A stretch of 64,000 bases of DNA from Myxococcota bacterium (GCA_039208735.1 JBCCQY010000003.1:32001-96000); one strand, 5' to 3'. Shown: positions 46,056-56,509, counted from the first letter of the stretch. The notes: generated by a model not told the origin, from the letters alone. Made by a program: numbers and translations.

Positions 46056-48130
46056 GCTCGCACATCCTCGACGACTTCGTCAAGAAGCGAGAGCGTGGCG
46101 CGGACCTTCTCGATCGCCTTGCTGAGGTGGTCGATCGCTTTGGCCTCGACGAGGCCACAGGTCCACCGGCGAGTGACGCGCGTGGAACGGGACCGTCCGC
46201 CTATCTGCGATCGACTGCGCAACGGGTGCGCGAAGGCCGGTTTGTGGTGTTGCTCCTGGGCTGCTTTTCATCCGGCAAGTCGACGCTCCTCAATGCGCTG
46301 CTCGGCCAGCCGGTGCTGCCCGTCAAGGTCAACCCATGCACCGCCATCCTCACCGAACTCGTGTACGCCGAAACGCCATCGGTGACGGTCCATCATCACG
46401 ACAAGGATCCCGAGATCCTCACGATGGAAGCGTTCCTCGACCTGTACCAGCTGCGGACGACGTCGGAGGATGAAGCGGGAGCAGAAGCGACCGACCGCTT
46501 TGGAGGCATCGATCGGGCGGTGGTAGGCTACCCGCTGCCATTGCTTCGAAACGGCGTGGTCCTGCTCGACACGCCAGGTTTGGACGACGATCCGGTGCGC
46601 ACAGCACGCACCTTGTCGAGTCTGCCCGACGCTGATGCGGTCATCGTGGTGTTGTCGGCCAATCGGTTCCTCACCGATCTCGAGCGGAAGACGCTGCGGC
46701 GAGAGTTGCTTCCGCTCGGTCTGACGAATCTGTTTTTCCCGACCACCATGGTGGACTTGCTTTCGCTCCTCTCCGACGATGCCGATGCGGCCCTGGCGGA
46801 CCTCCGGAAGAAGGCTCGAGAGGCCCTGGGACCGCTGGCGCTGGTGAATGGCGAAGACCGCTTCGAGGAACGCTTCTTCGAGATTGACGCCCGGTCAGCC
46901 TTGCGGGCCCGATGGAACGGTAAGGCGGGGGCGCGGCGGCAGCCCGAAGATGCCGATGCCTTTGCCCAGTCGGGATTGGCCCGATTCGAGTCGACCCTCG
47001 AGCGGTTCCTCGTCGACGAGCGCGGTCACGCCCAGCTCGCCCACCTCCACAACACGGCAGTGCGCATCGGCGATGAAGTGCGCCGGGTGGCAGAACTCGA
47101 TCGCGCGACCGCATCTGAGAGCGTCGAGGCGCTGCGCGAGCGCCAGGCGGAGTTGGAACCTCGGTTCGCCGAACTCGAGGTCATCGCCCGACGCGTCGCC
47201 CGCACCGTTGATGGGTTTATCGACCGGCAGCGGGCGCTGGTCTGGCAAGATCTCCGCGAATTCATGGCCAAAACCGAGGCGGAACTTCCGTATGCGGTGG
47301 CTGAGTTCGATCTGGGGGGACTCGCGGGCCTTGACCTGGTGACCCAGCGAGGCCGAGCCCGTGTCGAAGCCCAGATTCGCACCCAGCTCGAAGCGTGGCT
47401 CGAAATGCGCGTGACGAAGTGGCAGGCCTCGCTCAAGCCCCGCATCGAGAACAGCTTGCACGACCTGCGCAAGGAACTCACCGCGGATGCCGCGGACTTT
47501 GACGCCCTGTCCGAGCAGATCGTGACGAACTTCGCGGGTGGGGCGTTCAAGCTGCCGGGGGCACCTTCCGACGATGAACGGGTCGATCCCGTGGAACGCT
47601 GGTTCTCGGTGGCGATGGGCGCCGTGATGTTGTCGCCGGGGGCGATGGCGGCTGGTTGGTCCGAGGGGTTTGACGGCGCGTTGAAAGGCGCGGCCTCCCG
47701 GCTGGGGGTTCGCCTTGCGTTGATTACGCTTGGCGCATTGCTCGGTCCGGTGGGCTGGGCGGGGCTTCTGTTGTACGTCGTTTCCGACGCCGTCTGGCTC
47801 GTGCTGACGGGTGGATCGCAGCTCAAGCGCCTCCGAGAACAGGTGGCCCTACGGCTCAAGGGCCAGTTGGTGCAACAGGTCGATGAGGCCCGCGAAGAGG
47901 TCGAGGAACGTGTGGCCGAGGGCCTACGACCGGTTCGCGATGCGCTTGTCGCAGCAGCTGAAGATGAGGCCCGGGAGCTGCACGCGCTCCTCGAGCGCAC
48001 GATTTCCGCGCGGGAGCAGGCGGTACGCGACGCCGCGGCCCGTTCGGAGGCCTGGACCGAGGCGTTGGAGACCTTCGAGTCGCTGACGGGCGAGCTTCAG
48101 TCCCTCACCGATCGGGAGCCTCCGGCGTAG
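46052..48130 (+). CDS. Bacterial dynamin-like GTPase
   Basis: GCFSSGKSTLLNALLG, PCT, LLDTPG, atypical G4 TMVD; paddle LGALLGPVGW. Confidence 0.92.
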   Translation: MSSHILDDFVKKRERGADLLDRLAEVVDRFGLDEATGPPASDARGTGPSAYLRSTAQRVREGRFVVLLLGCFSSGKSTLLNALLGQPVLPVKVNPCTAILTELVYAETPSVTVHHHDKDPEILTMEAFLDLYQLRTTSEDEAGAEATDRFGGIDRAVVGYPLPLLRNGVVLLDTPGLDDDPVRTARTLSSLPDADAVIVVLSANRFLTDLERKTLRRELLPLGLTNLFFPTTMVDLLSLLSDDADAALADLRKKAREALGPLALVNGEDRFEERFFEIDARSALRARWNGKAGARRQPEDADAFAQSGLARFESTLERFLVDERGHAQLAHLHNTAVRIGDEVRRVAELDRATASESVEALRERQAELEPRFAELEVIARRVARTVDGFIDRQRALVWQDLREFMAKTEAELPYAVAEFDLGGLAGLDLVTQRGRARVEAQIRTQLEAWLEMRVTKWQASLKPRIENSLHDLRKELTADAADFDALSEQIVTNFAGGAFKLPGAPSDDERVDPVERWFSVAMGAVMLSPGAMAAGWSEGFDGALKGAASRLGVRLALITLGALLGPVGWAGLLLYVVSDAVWLVLTGGSQLKRLREQVALRLKGQLVQQVDEAREEVEERVAEGLRPVRDALVAAAEDEARELHALLERTISAREQAVRDAAARSEAWTEALETFESLTGELQSLTDREPPA

Positions 48131-48131
48131 G

Positions 48132-49637
48132 TCAGTTCGTGGGCTTCAACGGGGTGAGGGTCGCCTGTGGCGGCGTGGCCGGCAATTCGGGGGCGGCGAC
48201 CAGGCGTTCGATGACGAACTGGCGTGCCCCACCGTTGCGCAGCCGTTGGGCGCCGTAGCTCACCCACTGGTTGTCGAACCAAGGTTCAACCGTCATCGAC
48301 TGGCTGCGTACAAGCGTCCGGTCGTAGGGCACGAGTTCGGTCTCCGCGCGGTCCTCGACGAGGATGCCCCGGTGGAACACGCGCGACACCAGGCGCTCCC
48401 CCGATGCGTAGGCCAGGGTGGCCACGTCGCCGTCCAGGCCGACCTTCACGTGGGGTTCAATTCGGGAGCCGCCCACGTTGCGCATGGGCAATGAGGCATC
48501 CCAGGCCACCGATCCATCGGGATCAATGGCGGCGACAATGGCGTGCGTAAACCAGTATCCGTCGCCCACATCGAGGGTTTGGGCACGAACTCCTCCATCC
48601 ACGTCGACCATGACGACCCGCGGCACGGTGCCCAGTCGAGGAACGAAGATCTCGCCGCTCACCACAATGCGGCCGTCGTGCAGCTGTGCATCGTGGGTCG
48701 CAAACCGGACGTCAATGTCGACGTCGCTGCCTCGGCGCTGGCGCTCCGCCACTTGCTTGCGTTTCTGATTGCGCCGCTCCGGCGGGAGATCGTCGAAAAA
48801 GTGCCCCAGCGAGCTGAAGCTGTGCGTGGCCACGTACGTGAGGTGCCCCGATGGATCGAACCGGGCGGCGTAGAAGCCTTGGGCGCGGGTCCCCGTGGCC
48901 TCGTCGGCGTAGGTGCCCACCGCGAGTTGGTGCCCTTCGTCGAGAACATGACGCTGGATGTCGAGCAGGTTGAGGTCGGGAACCTGCAGCACAATGTCGT
49001 TGGTGAGGCGTCCTGCCTTGGCCACCGCCACGTGCTGGGTGTAGCGCCCTTCGAGAGCGGTGCGGTAACTGACGTCGACCACGCCACGGTCTGGGTCCGC
49101 GGTGAGGCGCTGCAGCTCGATGGTTTCGGGCGTGCGGGGAAGCGAGACGGCCTTCGATACGCCGGACTTCAGGTCGAGGTGGCGCAATCCTCCGCCTTGG
49201 TCGGAGCGACCATCGACCATCACCAGCCAGGCGTCCTTGCCGACCATCTCGAAGTCAACCACGCGCCGGGAACGGTGTTTGAGGGGCACGAACCAGGCCT
49301 GGTAAGTACCGTCGCGCACGTTGTGTCGGGTCACCAACGCCAACGCGCGTCGCTGGAACACGGCCCAAGCTGCATCATCGCGGTAGAGCGTGCGCAGGGG
49401 GGCGTCCGTGACGATTTCGGGTAGGGGCACCGACCACTGCAACGACAGATCGTTGTCGTAGTGCCGCGCGACCATCACGCCGCGATCTTCCGTGTAGATC
49501 ACCAGGCCGTCGTCCCCCACGGGTTCGACCGCCCAAGGTGCGTTTGGTCGAGTGGCGAGCGTGCGTTGATCGACCGTTTCAATCACGTTGGTCGCTGGAA
49601 CGTGGGCCTGCGCGACCAGCGCGGTGACGAGCCACAT
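48132..49637 (-). CDS. Hypothetical secreted beta-rich protein
   Basis: Leader MWLVTALVAQA; long ORF. Confidence 0.75.
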   Translation of the reverse strand: MWLVTALVAQAHVPATNVIETVDQRTLATRPNAPWAVEPVGDDGLVIYTEDRGVMVARHYDNDLSLQWSVPLPEIVTDAPLRTLYRDDAAWAVFQRRALALVTRHNVRDGTYQAWFVPLKHRSRRVVDFEMVGKDAWLVMVDGRSDQGGGLRHLDLKSGVSKAVSLPRTPETIELQRLTADPDRGVVDVSYRTALEGRYTQHVAVAKAGRLTNDIVLQVPDLNLLDIQRHVLDEGHQLAVGTYADEATGTRAQGFYAARFDPSGHLTYVATHSFSSLGHFFDDLPPERRNQKRKQVAERQRRGSDVDIDVRFATHDAQLHDGRIVVSGEIFVPRLGTVPRVVMVDVDGGVRAQTLDVGDGYWFTHAIVAAIDPDGSVAWDASLPMRNVGGSRIEPHVKVGLDGDVATLAYASGERLVSRVFHRGILVEDRAETELVPYDRTLVRSQSMTVEPWFDNQWVSYGAQRLRNGGARQFVIERLVAAPELPATPPQATLTPLKPTN

Positions 49638-49742
49638 GGGTCCCTCCGATTGGAGCCTTTCCGTACAGGCATTGTACGTCTTGGCGACATCTTCTGGGGT
49701 CACGGCTGGTCGTTCGGTCGGTTGAAGGCCCTGTCGTCGCGG

Positions 49743-50165
49743 TCAGGGAGGAGGCGGTTGCTCTTGGGTGTAGACCACGAATTGGCGCGTCACGGGGCGG
49801 TTCATCGCACTGTAGATGGGCAGGATCGATTCGTAGGGAACCGACGCATCCACGGTGAGCCACCAGACGCCGCTGTTGTCGGCCTGCCACGAGGCGCCAA
49901 CGAGCATCCCTTTGGACGACAGCCCCCAGGTGGCCAACGCCTCGGTCACCGCGGTCGTCGAGTAGGTCTCGAGCGCGTCGTAGGGCTCTCCTTCGGCGAG
50001 CGTCAACACCGAGGCCTGCCGGGCTCCGTCTTGCACGGCCCGACTCACCGCCTGTCGGGTGAGCCCCCACAAGGCAAAGTCGATGGAGCCGGTGATCATG
50101 ATCAAGGCCACCGGCATGCAAAGCACGAACTCGACGGCGCTGGCTCCTCGTTTGAACCCCATCAT
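49743..50165 (-). CDS. tadE: TadE/TadF pseudopilin
   Basis: RGASAVEF + TM + AVQDGAR. Confidence 0.85.
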   Translation of the reverse strand: MMGFKRGASAVEFVLCMPVALIMITGSIDFALWGLTRQAVSRAVQDGARQASVLTLAEGEPYDALETYSTTAVTEALATWGLSSKGMLVGASWQADNSGVWWLTVDASVPYESILPIYSAMNRPVTRQFVVYTQEQPPPP

Positions 50166-50581
50166 CGAGCACTCCGCTGAAATTCGAGGCGCACGACCAC
50201 CTCATCGCTGAGCAGGGAGTGGTCCTGCACCCAAGGAACCACCCCCGAAAAAGGCACGGTGAATTGGCAGCGCAGCACCCGGTTGGGAGCGTCTCCTTCG
50301 AGGGTCGCGGTGGCCACGCAGTCCTTACAGGAGCCCGCTTCCGACTCGTAGGCGGTCTGGATGGCCGCCGAAGCGGCGGCAAGCAACGCGTCGGCATGCG
50401 AATCGTGAATGCCAGGGTCATGCAGCGAACCGGCTCGGCACCCCTCGGCGACTGCACCGCGCACGTTGGCTTGTTCCACCAACAGCCAGCTGTAGTGCAT
50501 GCTCGCACCAACGAAGGCCACGAAAACGGGCAGCAGCAGGGCAAATTCCAAGGCGTTGGCGCCGCGGCGTCGCATGTTCAC
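50162..50581 (-). CDS. tadE: TadE pseudopilin
   Basis: RRGANALEFALLLP + AVAEGCR. Confidence 0.85.
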   Translation of the reverse strand: MNMRRRGANALEFALLLPVFVAFVGASMHYSWLLVEQANVRGAVAEGCRAGSLHDPGIHDSHADALLAAASAAIQTAYESEAGSCKDCVATATLEGDAPNRVLRCQFTVPFSGVVPWVQDHSLLSDEVVVRLEFQRSAR

Positions 50582-51747
50582 TCCACCAACGTGATGGGCA
50601 AGGACTCCGCAATGTCGCGGAAGATGTCATCGAGGTCGCTCGAGTTCTTCGCGAGCACGAAATAGCCATCGCCCTGGGCGACATCGCGCATCCAAGACCC
50701 ATTGGCGCGGTAGCTCACAAGCCAGGTGTGAACCTCCTGTTCCTGCCACACCTTCTTGGACAGCGCGATCGATTCGGACGTGACTTCGCTAGAGCCTCGG
50801 CGAGCCCCGGTGTAGGTGTAGCGCCAGCGCTCCTCGCGATGCCCAAGGGTGTCGCGGAGCGTGTGAGCGCCCACTCCGGCCGGTTGCCCGTCGGTGACCA
50901 CGATCATGGCGCGGTACACGCTCGGATCCTGCTGCTCGGCGAACATCTGTCGGGCCATCTCGATGCCAATTGCGTGGTCGGTGCCCGTCTCGTCTTTGTA
51001 TTCCCGAGGCATGTGCGGCCAGCACTCCCCTTCCGAGAAGTCAGTCGCACGGTCGATCTTGCAGCCCTTGGAGTTTGGCGTGCCCGCTTTGCTGGCCGTC
51101 CGCATGTCCGCCCAAACGTCGCGGACGCCGTTGGTCACGGCCAGTTCCGCGGGTTGCAATGGGGTGAACTCCGTTCCGAATTGACCGTGGAACGTGACCA
51201 TGCCGATGCGGTCGCCGTCGCTCGCCGTCCCCGTGAGTTGGTCGAAGATGGTGACCGCGCCCTCTCTGGCGCCTTCGAAGGGGGTGAATCCCCAAGAGTT
51301 GGTGATGTCCATCACGACGATGGTGTGCAGCGAGCGCACCGCGGCGGTGGCATCCGCGGCGCGAATCGAGGTTCCAAGACCCCAGAAGCTCGCGAACGGC
51401 AAGGTGATGTCGACGTCCACGGCCACTCGAACCGCGTTGGCGGTGTTGGAGTTCACCGTGAAGGCACCGTTCTCGTACATCCCAAACTCGACCGCTTGAG
51501 CCCGGGGCGTCAGTCCTGCGACCCGATTCGCAGCGATGATGCGGCGGGCTGCCGCATCGGCCACGCTGCGGTCGTGCGTGGATCGGAGCCGCAGGATGCC
51601 TGCGTGAGCGGCGGCATCGCAGACCGCCTGGATTTCGGCTTCCGCCAGCCGAATCAGCGACAGGTCAACGAGGAACGCCCCGAAGGCGATGAACACGACC
51701 CCGGCGACTGCAAAGACCGTGGCGTACCCGCCTCGTCGGTGCCCCAT
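50578..51747 (-). CDS. tadG: TadG-like pilus protein with vWA domain
   Basis: RRG-TM-VD..Q..DAAAHAG; VMDITNS; VVTDG. Confidence 0.85.
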   Translation of the reverse strand: MGHRRGGYATVFAVAGVVFIAFGAFLVDLSLIRLAEAEIQAVCDAAAHAGILRLRSTHDRSVADAAARRIIAANRVAGLTPRAQAVEFGMYENGAFTVNSNTANAVRVAVDVDITLPFASFWGLGTSIRAADATAAVRSLHTIVVMDITNSWGFTPFEGAREGAVTIFDQLTGTASDGDRIGMVTFHGQFGTEFTPLQPAELAVTNGVRDVWADMRTASKAGTPNSKGCKIDRATDFSEGECWPHMPREYKDETGTDHAIGIEMARQMFAEQQDPSVYRAMIVVTDGQPAGVGAHTLRDTLGHREERWRYTYTGARRGSSEVTSESIALSKKVWQEQEVHTWLVSYRANGSWMRDVAQGDGYFVLAKNSSDLDDIFRDIAESLPITLVE

Positions 51748-51790
51748 CAAAACCGTTCTCCTTGCGTGGCGAACGCGATAGGAGGGCGGC

Positions 51791-52318
51791 GTGTCACCCA
51801 CCTACCGACTTTTCCGTTCTGTGATGGCACTCCTCGCGGGCCTCGGCCTACTGGTGTGGAGTGCTCAGGTCCCCCTTCCCTTCGTCGGTCCCGAGACCTC
51901 GTTGTTGAGCTTCGCTATGGTGCTGATTGCGCTGTTGGGCGGGGTTCGCTTGGCGACGGTGACCACGGCGGTCTACGTCGGACTGGTCTATGTCGGCCGA
52001 TTGCCCTGGCAGGGACTCGATCCGTCCGCGCTGCAGCTCCCCCAGGAACAGCAGCTGGGCTACCTCGGGGGGCTGGTCGCAGGGGCGTTTCTCACCGGAT
52101 TGTTGTACCGCCGAAACAGCTGGCTCGGCCTATCGTTCGCGGCATTCGTCGGGCACGTGGCGCTGTTTGGGGTGGGCGTGGCCGTATTGGCCCAGACCAT
52201 GGGGCCTACCTTCGCCATGGTCGGCGGTGCCTGGCCCTACGTTTTCGGCGCCGTCGTGAAGAGCGTGTTTGCCGCCCTGCTGGTGGCCATCTTCCGGCCC
52301 CCGTTCGACGACCCGTAG
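51791..52318 (+). CDS. bioY: Biotin transporter BioY-like
   Basis: AQVPLPF, LLGG, VYVGL..LP, GYLGGL motifs; all transmembrane. Confidence 0.75.
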   Translation: MSPTYRLFRSVMALLAGLGLLVWSAQVPLPFVGPETSLLSFAMVLIALLGGVRLATVTTAVYVGLVYVGRLPWQGLDPSALQLPQEQQLGYLGGLVAGAFLTGLLYRRNSWLGLSFAAFVGHVALFGVGVAVLAQTMGPTFAMVGGAWPYVFGAVVKSVFAALLVAIFRPPFDDP

Positions 52319-52321
52319 TCA

Positions 52322-53137
52322 TCAGGCCGACGGTGGCGTCACGTAGGTGTGGAACTCTCCTCGCTCGCCGAACGCGTCGATTTCATCGGGCAGCGAGGCG
52401 ACGAACCGTGCGTCGTAGACCTGCCCCACCTCACCGTGCCCCCCCGGAGTGGCGGACAGGGTGATGTGAGCCTTAGACGACCACAATCGCGTCTTTAGCG
52501 CATCGTAGGGAACCTGCCAGAGGGGAAACGCCAGTTCGATCCCACGAGGTTCGGCCCAAGGGCCCAGCGTCTGCTCTCGGAACCCTCGAATCTCCTTGAG
52601 ATGAAGGTCCCCAAATGCCAGGCGGGCCACCGGCGTGACGCGGTTCACGGTGTCGAGCCCTTCGTAGACGACGTCCGCGTACGGTCGATCGGGGCGCAAG
52701 GGAACCATCAGGAGGTCCACGTCGAGCCAGCGTGCTTGGGCTTCGATGGCCTGACGGCTCACTTCTTGATGCGCCACGAGATCGTAGCGCGGATCGAAGG
52801 TGGTCAACCAAAGGACGGTGCGGCCGGCCTCTCGGAGCGCCAACCACGTGAGGTAGCTGTCTTTGCCGCCACTCCAGAACAGGACGTCGACGGGTCCGGT
52901 CGGTCGGGCTTGGGCTCGGACTCGAAAACTCGGCCCTTCCGCGAGCCGCCGCGACTCGGGGTTGGAGACGCCAATGTGCCCGAAGGGGCAGTGCCGGCAA
53001 CCGGATCCACAGCATCGGCCGCGGTCCGCGAGGGTGGTCGCGGTGAACACGTGGTAGCCCGTCGCAGGGTCAAGATAGGTCTTTTGTCCAGCTTCAACCG
53101 CAGCATCGTGCCGCCTCTGCGCTTTGGCCTCGATCAT
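52322..53137 (-). CDS. DUF5522 (Cys-rich) fused to a Dph6/DUF71-like PP-loop ATPase
   Basis: YLDPATGY..RGRCCGSGCRHCPF; WSGGKDS, FGDLHL, FPLW, GERGEFHT. Confidence 0.85.
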   Translation of the reverse strand: MIEAKAQRRHDAAVEAGQKTYLDPATGYHVFTATTLADRGRCCGSGCRHCPFGHIGVSNPESRRLAEGPSFRVRAQARPTGPVDVLFWSGGKDSYLTWLALREAGRTVLWLTTFDPRYDLVAHQEVSRQAIEAQARWLDVDLLMVPLRPDRPYADVVYEGLDTVNRVTPVARLAFGDLHLKEIRGFREQTLGPWAEPRGIELAFPLWQVPYDALKTRLWSSKAHITLSATPGGHGEVGQVYDARFVASLPDEIDAFGERGEFHTYVTPPSA

Positions 53138-53247
53138 GTTGGCTCTCACATTGGAGTCAAGGTCCGTATCGCGAGGCTGCAGGTTTGCAGTGTGGAGCTG
53201 CAGTTTAGGCCTTCTTTGCGGTGGTAATGCACGCCTACGGAGGCGGC

Positions 53248-54078
53248 ATGCATCTCGAAAGCGAAGACGGCACGCAACTCGAAGCCACGCACTACCCCGG
53301 TCCTCAGGCTGGCTGGGTGTTCATCGGCAGCGCGACGGGTGTACCCCAGCGCTTCTACGCGCCCATGGCCCGCTGGCTCGTCGAGAACGTAGGCGTCAAC
53401 GTCCTGACGCTGGACTACCGGGGCGTGGGTGCCTCACGCCCCGAGACGCTGCGGGGCTACCCCGCTACCAAACGAGACTGGGCCCGCGATTTTGCGGCGG
53501 GGGTCGCGTATGCCGCCGAACGGGGACCCACGGTGGTGGTTGGCCACAGCTTTTGTGGCCACGCCTTTGGCATGACCACAGCCCATCGCAAGACCCGGGG
53601 CTGCTACGTGTTCGCTGGAGGGGCGGGGTGGCATGGGTGGATGCCCCGGGGCGAGGGACTTCGCGTCTGGGCGGCGTGGAACGTCCTCCTTCCTCCCTTG
53701 GTGAGCCTCTATGGCTACCTGCCCGCCCGACGGCTCGGCATGGGGGAGGACCTTCCGCGCGGGGTCTACAAGGATTGGCGTCGTTGGTGCAGCTATCCCA
53801 ACTACTTCTTCGACGACCCCTCTGCGGCAGACTTCACGGGGGAGTTCGAACAGGTTGAGGCACCCGTGGTCGCGGTGAACAGCGTAGACGATCGGTGGGC
53901 ACCGCCCCGAAGCGCCCAGGCGCTGTTCGCGCACTACCCCAATCACCGCTTAGTGACGGTCGACCCTTCCGCGCTGGGGGTAAAGGGCATTGGTCACCTG
54001 AACTATGTTCGGCCAAAATGCAAGGCGCTATGGTCAGATATGGGAAATTTCGTTCGTGAACGAATGGAATTGAAATGA
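53248..54078 (+). CDS. Alpha/beta hydrolase (COG4757-like)
   Basis: ATGVPQRFY, DYRGVG, GHSFCG, DDRWAP, IGH. Confidence 0.9.
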   Translation: MHLESEDGTQLEATHYPGPQAGWVFIGSATGVPQRFYAPMARWLVENVGVNVLTLDYRGVGASRPETLRGYPATKRDWARDFAAGVAYAAERGPTVVVGHSFCGHAFGMTTAHRKTRGCYVFAGGAGWHGWMPRGEGLRVWAAWNVLLPPLVSLYGYLPARRLGMGEDLPRGVYKDWRRWCSYPNYFFDDPSAADFTGEFEQVEAPVVAVNSVDDRWAPPRSAQALFAHYPNHRLVTVDPSALGVKGIGHLNYVRPKCKALWSDMGNFVRERMELK

Positions 54079-54119
54079 TCTGAGGAGGAGGGCGTAGCCA
54101 ACCAAGACGGAGGTCTTCG

Positions 54120-54479
54120 TTGTCCTACTCTTTGACCCGCCCCGATACGCAGAGTCGCAACCTGGCTGTGATCGCGCATCTCGCTGCGTACAGCGGGCTC
54201 ATCTTGCCAGCGCTTGCGCCGATCATCATTCCCATCGTGGTGCTCGCGATCAAGCCTCATGACGAGTACGTGCGGGAACATGCGCTCGAATCGCTGAACC
54301 TCGAGATCACGCTGTGGCTTGCGATCGCGTTCTTTGGCCTGTTGAGCTTCTTGTTGATCGGGTTGCCGTTCTTGCTGGTGACGATTCTGTTCGGGCTCAT
54401 CGCCCCGATTCCCGCCGCCATCGCGGCGGCGACGGGTGAACCGCATCGATACTCGTTCATCATCCGGTTCTTCAACTAG
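54120..54479 (+). CDS. DUF4870 membrane protein
   Basis: AHL..YVREHALESLN..GEPHRY..IRF. Confidence 0.85.
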   Translation: MSYSLTRPDTQSRNLAVIAHLAAYSGLILPALAPIIIPIVVLAIKPHDEYVREHALESLNLEITLWLAIAFFGLLSFLLIGLPFLLVTILFGLIAPIPAAIAAATGEPHRYSFIIRFFN

Positions 54480-54526
54480 CGCTCGCCTCGCTCGGCGGTG
54501 GCTTCTCGTTCGTTACGAGAAGCACC

Positions 54527-56509
54527 ATGAACGGCGCGTGGTTGCACCCCAAACTAAATCCGACGCTGCGGGCGCTCATCAACGCAACGAGCGACGCCAT
54601 CATCGTCACCGACCTAAAGTTCACGATCTTGCGGTTCAATCGAGCCGCCGAGCGGCTGTACGGATGGCGCAAGGACGACGTCGAGGGCCGCATGATTGGG
54701 GAGGTGGTACCGACGACCTACCTCGACGCTGCCCCCGGCGATGTTCTGGAGTCCTTTTGGAAGGAAGGCGCGTGGTCAGGTGAGGTCATTCAGCGTACGC
54801 AAAGCGGCCAGGGTCGCTTCATCGCCTCTTCGGTGAACCTGGTTCGCGATGACGACGGAACGGCGGTGGGCGTCATCGCCATCAACCGTGACATTACGGA
54901 AGCCCGTCGTGCGCAGGCTGCGCGTGGTCTGATCCATCAGCTCGCGCGAAGCATGGTAACGGCACCGGTCGGACGCACCCGCGGTCGGGCCATCGAAGTG
55001 TTGTGCGCGGCACTGGGCAGCCGGAGCGGCCTGCTCGCGGTCGTTGACCATGCGGGCGACCTGTTGTGCTCGACCAACGAGCGCAAGACGTTTGTGTGGC
55101 CGCGTGTGTCGTGGTCGCGGGTGCTACCAGACCAGACCTCGATCATCGAGCTTCGCCAGGCCCCCCACCTTCCCCTGCCGGGGGTGGTGGCTGCGCTTGG
55201 TTCGGTGCTGGTTGGGCCCATTGGCGGCGGCCACGGTCGCCTCGGCTACCTCATACTGCAGCGACCGGCGGACTCTCCAGATTCGAGTGAAGGCCATCTG
55301 CTCGAGCTTCTAAACGAGGCGGCCGACCAGCTCGCACCGATTCTGCGGGCGCAACGCCAGCGAGACCAACAACGTCAAGAGCGTGCGGTGTTGGCAGATC
55401 GGGTGCGCCAGGGCCAGCGACTTGAGGCCGTAGGACGCCTGGCCGGCGGCATTGCGCACGATTTCAGCAACCTGCTCACCATCATCGCCAACCACGCGGA
55501 TCTTGGCTTGCGGCAAGAGGCGGCGGGCAAAACCCAGATGCATCTTGAGGCGATCAGTCGGGCCGCAGACCGTGCCATGGCGTTGACCTCCCAATTGGTG
55601 GCCTTCGGTCGCAAAGCGCCCGGCACGTTGGGCTGCCTCGATCTAGCGGCGGCGTTGCGGGAACTCGAACCGCTCATCCAACGGCTGATCGGCGAAGATA
55701 TCCTGGTCGATGCTTCGATTCTCGAAGAGTCGGTGTGGATTCACGGCCAACGCAGTCCCATGGACCAGATCATGCTCAATCTGGTGGTCAACGCACGGGA
55801 TGCCATGGAAGAAGGCGGGCGACTGACGATGATTCTGGATCGTCAACCGGCGCCAGCCCATGCGGGCCTCGCCCGTGCGGTTCGGCTTGCCGTGCGCGAC
55901 ACGGGGATCGGGATGGCGCCCGAAGTGACCGAACGAGTGTTTGAGCCCTTCTTCACTACCAAAGGACCTGCGCGCGGTTCGGGACTTGGGCTGTTTACGG
56001 TGTACGGCATCGTGCAGCAGCATCAAGGCCATATCGAAGTGGTGTCGACACCCGGAGAGGGAACCGTGTTTTCGGTCTGGTTCCCCGAGGTCGATGCGCC
56101 GCCGCAGGAGGAATTGCCCAAGACCCGCGCCCGGCCGCATCCCGCGGCGGGCCGCAGGGTGCTCCTCGTGGAAGATGAGGCGGATTTGCGGGAGGTGCTG
56201 GCCCAGGCCCTGGGGGAAGCCGGCTACCGTGTGATGGTGGCCTCGGGCCGAACTGAGGCCCTTTCCTACGTAGGCGAGTCATTCGATCTCGTCCTTACCG
56301 ACGTCGTCATGCCCGATGGCTCAGGGGCGGAGGTGGTTGGGGCGTTTCAAGCCAGGCAGCCCGAGGTGCGAACCCTATTCATGTCGGGTCATGCCGGCGA
56401 TGCGATCGAACGGTACGGCCTCGATCCAGCCATTCCTCGCATCGACAAACCGTTTCGCGTCGATGATGTCATCGAGATGGTGGAGTGGATTCTTGGCAAC
56501 CCGCCCTGA
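54527..56509 (+). CDS. Hybrid sensor kinase PAS-(GAF-like)-HisKA-HATPase-REC
   Basis: [50 protein letters not shown]. Confidence 0.95.
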   Translation: MNGAWLHPKLNPTLRALINATSDAIIVTDLKFTILRFNRAAERLYGWRKDDVEGRMIGEVVPTTYLDAAPGDVLESFWKEGAWSGEVIQRTQSGQGRFIASSVNLVRDDDGTAVGVIAINRDITEARRAQAARGLIHQLARSMVTAPVGRTRGRAIEVLCAALGSRSGLLAVVDHAGDLLCSTNERKTFVWPRVSWSRVLPDQTSIIELRQAPHLPLPGVVAALGSVLVGPIGGGHGRLGYLILQRPADSPDSSEGHLLELLNEAADQLAPILRAQRQRDQQRQERAVLADRVRQGQRLEAVGRLAGGIAHDFSNLLTIIANHADLGLRQEAAGKTQMHLEAISRAADRAMALTSQLVAFGRKAPGTLGCLDLAAALRELEPLIQRLIGEDILVDASILEESVWIHGQRSPMDQIMLNLVVNARDAMEEGGRLTMILDRQPAPAHAGLARAVRLAVRDTGIGMAPEVTERVFEPFFTTKGPARGSGLGLFTVYGIVQQHQGHIEVVSTPGEGTVFSVWFPEVDAPPQEELPKTRARPHPAAGRRVLLVEDEADLREVLAQALGEAGYRVMVASGRTEALSYVGESFDLVLTDVVMPDGSGAEVVGAFQARQPEVRTLFMSGHAGDAIERYGLDPAIPRIDKPFRVDDVIEMVEWILGNPP

